A stretch of 58,926 nt of DNA, from contig JAGVVV010000006.1 of the NCBI GenBank assembly GCA_018304615.1, positions 1-58,926 on the forward strand, in the 5' to 3' direction. The notes below the pieces were generated by a model. It had not been told where the DNA came from and searched no databases. It saw only the letters and a program-made list of their open reading frames with translations. The DNA comes from Candidatus Aenigmatarchaeota archaeon (lineage in GTDB: Archaea > Aenigmatarchaeota > Aenigmatarchaeia > CG10238-14 > SCSR01). A program made the translations under genes and the position numbers. Positions within the stretch are counted from its first letter, which is position 1. Every line of letters starts with the position of its first letter. Of this stretch, positions 57,463 through 58,926 are shown piece after piece.

Positions 57463-58422
57463 TTAGCCGCAACCGCCCGATGCTACAGTTCCAGAGCTTG
57501 AAGTGATAGTTTGAGAGCACTCGGCTGGTGGGGTAGTGAAGCCATTACATATCGCCTGCTTGAATGAATCCGAAGATCTGCCTCCATTATACAGAACATT
57601 GTTTATGAGAAGAGTTGGCGACCCTGAGATTCCGTATTGGTTAACAAGTTTTTCATCTGCTTTCAACAGATCTAAACCTTCACTTCCACTCGAACAGATC
57701 TGAATCTTTGAAGCGTCTATTCCCGCATTAGTCGCTGCGGTCTTCCAACAGTTTTCAAGCGCTGTCTCGTCGCTTCTGACAGAAGGACAATCAGTATTAA
57801 ACTTCTCCAGGTATTTCCAATAAGTCTTCGAGTCGTAGTATTTCATGATGCAGATTTGCCTCAAATCCTCTTTTGCCTCAGTCGAGCCGTGAAGGGATTG
57901 TATCGAATCGATTGTATTTCCTCCGACACTGGCGATGAATCTAATCTTGAAGTCTGCCTTATCTCCAAGGATGTCGAATACAGGCTTCATCAAACTCTCG
58001 GCTTGAATTCCGTAAGGACAGAAGCTCATCACATACAAATCGACAGTAGGCTTGGATGTTTTAGGAACCTCAGTTTGAGTCTGCGTGGCATTAGAAAGCT
58101 GGTTCAAATCAAGAGGCTGTGAGATGAACAGGAAGTTTCCGTCCTTGGTGATGTAGACAGGAATCTGTTTTCCTTGGTAGAGTGTAGTCACTTTGTAAAG
58201 ACCGCCACTTTCCTGGACAGAAACAAGCGAACATGAACCAGATTCGATCAGATTTTTATTGATGTAATTGACAACTCTGTTTCCAGCTTCCTCACTTCCT
58301 ATTCCAGGACCGACAAATGAAACTTTTCCGAAAAGAACTCCGAGGAAAAGAGACGCGAAGACCAGAGTCAAGAGTTGCCATACGATCACTTTCTTAAAAA
58401 CAGAATGTTTTTCCTCAGGCAT
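57463..58422 (-). CDS. Membrane-anchored thioredoxin-fold (DsbA/GILT-like) protein
   Basis: YVMSFCPYG, SLHG..E...D.RQ.C, GSPTL. Confidence 0.8.
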   Translation of the reverse strand: MPEEKHSVFKKVIVWQLLTLVFASLFLGVLFGKVSFVGPGIGSEEAGNRVVNYINKNLIESGSCSLVSVQESGGLYKVTTLYQGKQIPVYITKDGNFLFISQPLDLNQLSNATQTQTEVPKTSKPTVDLYVMSFCPYGIQAESLMKPVFDILGDKADFKIRFIASVGGNTIDSIQSLHGSTEAKEDLRQICIMKYYDSKTYWKYLEKFNTDCPSVRSDETALENCWKTAATNAGIDASKIQICSSGSEGLDLLKADEKLVNQYGISGSPTLLINNVLYNGGRSSDSFKQAICNGFTTPPAECSQTITSSSGTVASGGCG

Positions 58423-58494
58423 TTACATCCGATTTACATTTCATCTCGTTATTATTTAAAAATAGCAGTTTTTTCATAAGCCTGTTATATTTTT

Positions 58495-58818
58495 CTAGCC
58501 GAACGTGAACGTGTAAAGCCTGAATGCAATTATGACTATACCACCTATTCTTCCCGCCCAAATCTTCACATCATACGCCACATCGGAAAGCACGCTATTC
58601 AATGCTATCCCGAAGGCTGCGAAAATCAGGGAAAATCCTAATACAAAGAATGCGGCGTTCAGAAAAACTTTCAATCTCGTTTTCGTTTGTTTCTTGATCT
58701 CCTCGATGCTGATTCCAGAGAGATATGAGAGATAACCAGGGATGAGAGGCAAGACGCAGGGGGAAAAGAAAGAGAGGATTCCTGCGATGAAAGATATCGA
58801 AACCGAAAGATCTGACAC
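58495..58818 (-). pseudogene. Truncated CcdA N-terminus fused to a DipZ-type terminal YTFTFG
   Basis: AGILSFFSPCVLPLIPGYL present; second redox Cys and C-terminal half absent. Confidence 0.7.
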
Positions 58819-58926
58819 AAGATCACTATCTATAAAAGATTTTTCAAATGCTTAAATTATTAATTATATACCTGATACTATGGACGATTTGGAAAAAGAG
58901 GCCGACAAGGAAATAAAAAGAATAGA

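Overview
Archaeal chromosomal segment: rps8e, rpl37e, Sm/Lsm, aRF1, deoxyhypusine synthase, archaeal ValRS, BHB-type tRNA introns. The gene style (many short leaders, many Thr/Cys-rich single-TM surface proteins) suggests a DPANN lineage such as Aenigmarchaeota; this is inference only. Housekeeping genes (pyrH, gdhA, nadK, minD, tmk, dinB, valS, tatD) alternate with thiol-redox genes (CcdA, DipZ-like, TlpA, glutaredoxin, DsbA-like) and cell-surface genes. There are seven tRNA loci: four contain BHB introns, mostly at non-canonical positions (Thr 2, Glu 3, Lys-CUU 1, Lys-UUU 2), and the Lys-UUU locus lacks its 3' part. Most notable observations: (1) the aRF1 gene has no in-frame ATG/GTG/TTG for its conserved N-terminus. 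It is preceded by GTG-ACT-TGC-ATT-TAA, where a +1 slip at the stop enters the aRF1 frame, a candidate prfB-like autoregulatory frameshift in an archaeal release factor; this aRF1 also has GGM instead of GGQ. (2) About 6.4 kb downstream of tRNA-Leu(GAG) holds single ORFan genes separated by repeated copies of the tRNA 3' end plus reshuffled palindromic modules, resembling an integrase-less cassette array. (3) A candidate split tRNA-Lys(UUU) sits next to a free-standing LAGLIDADG gene. All calls come from reading the sequence by eye; no searches were run.
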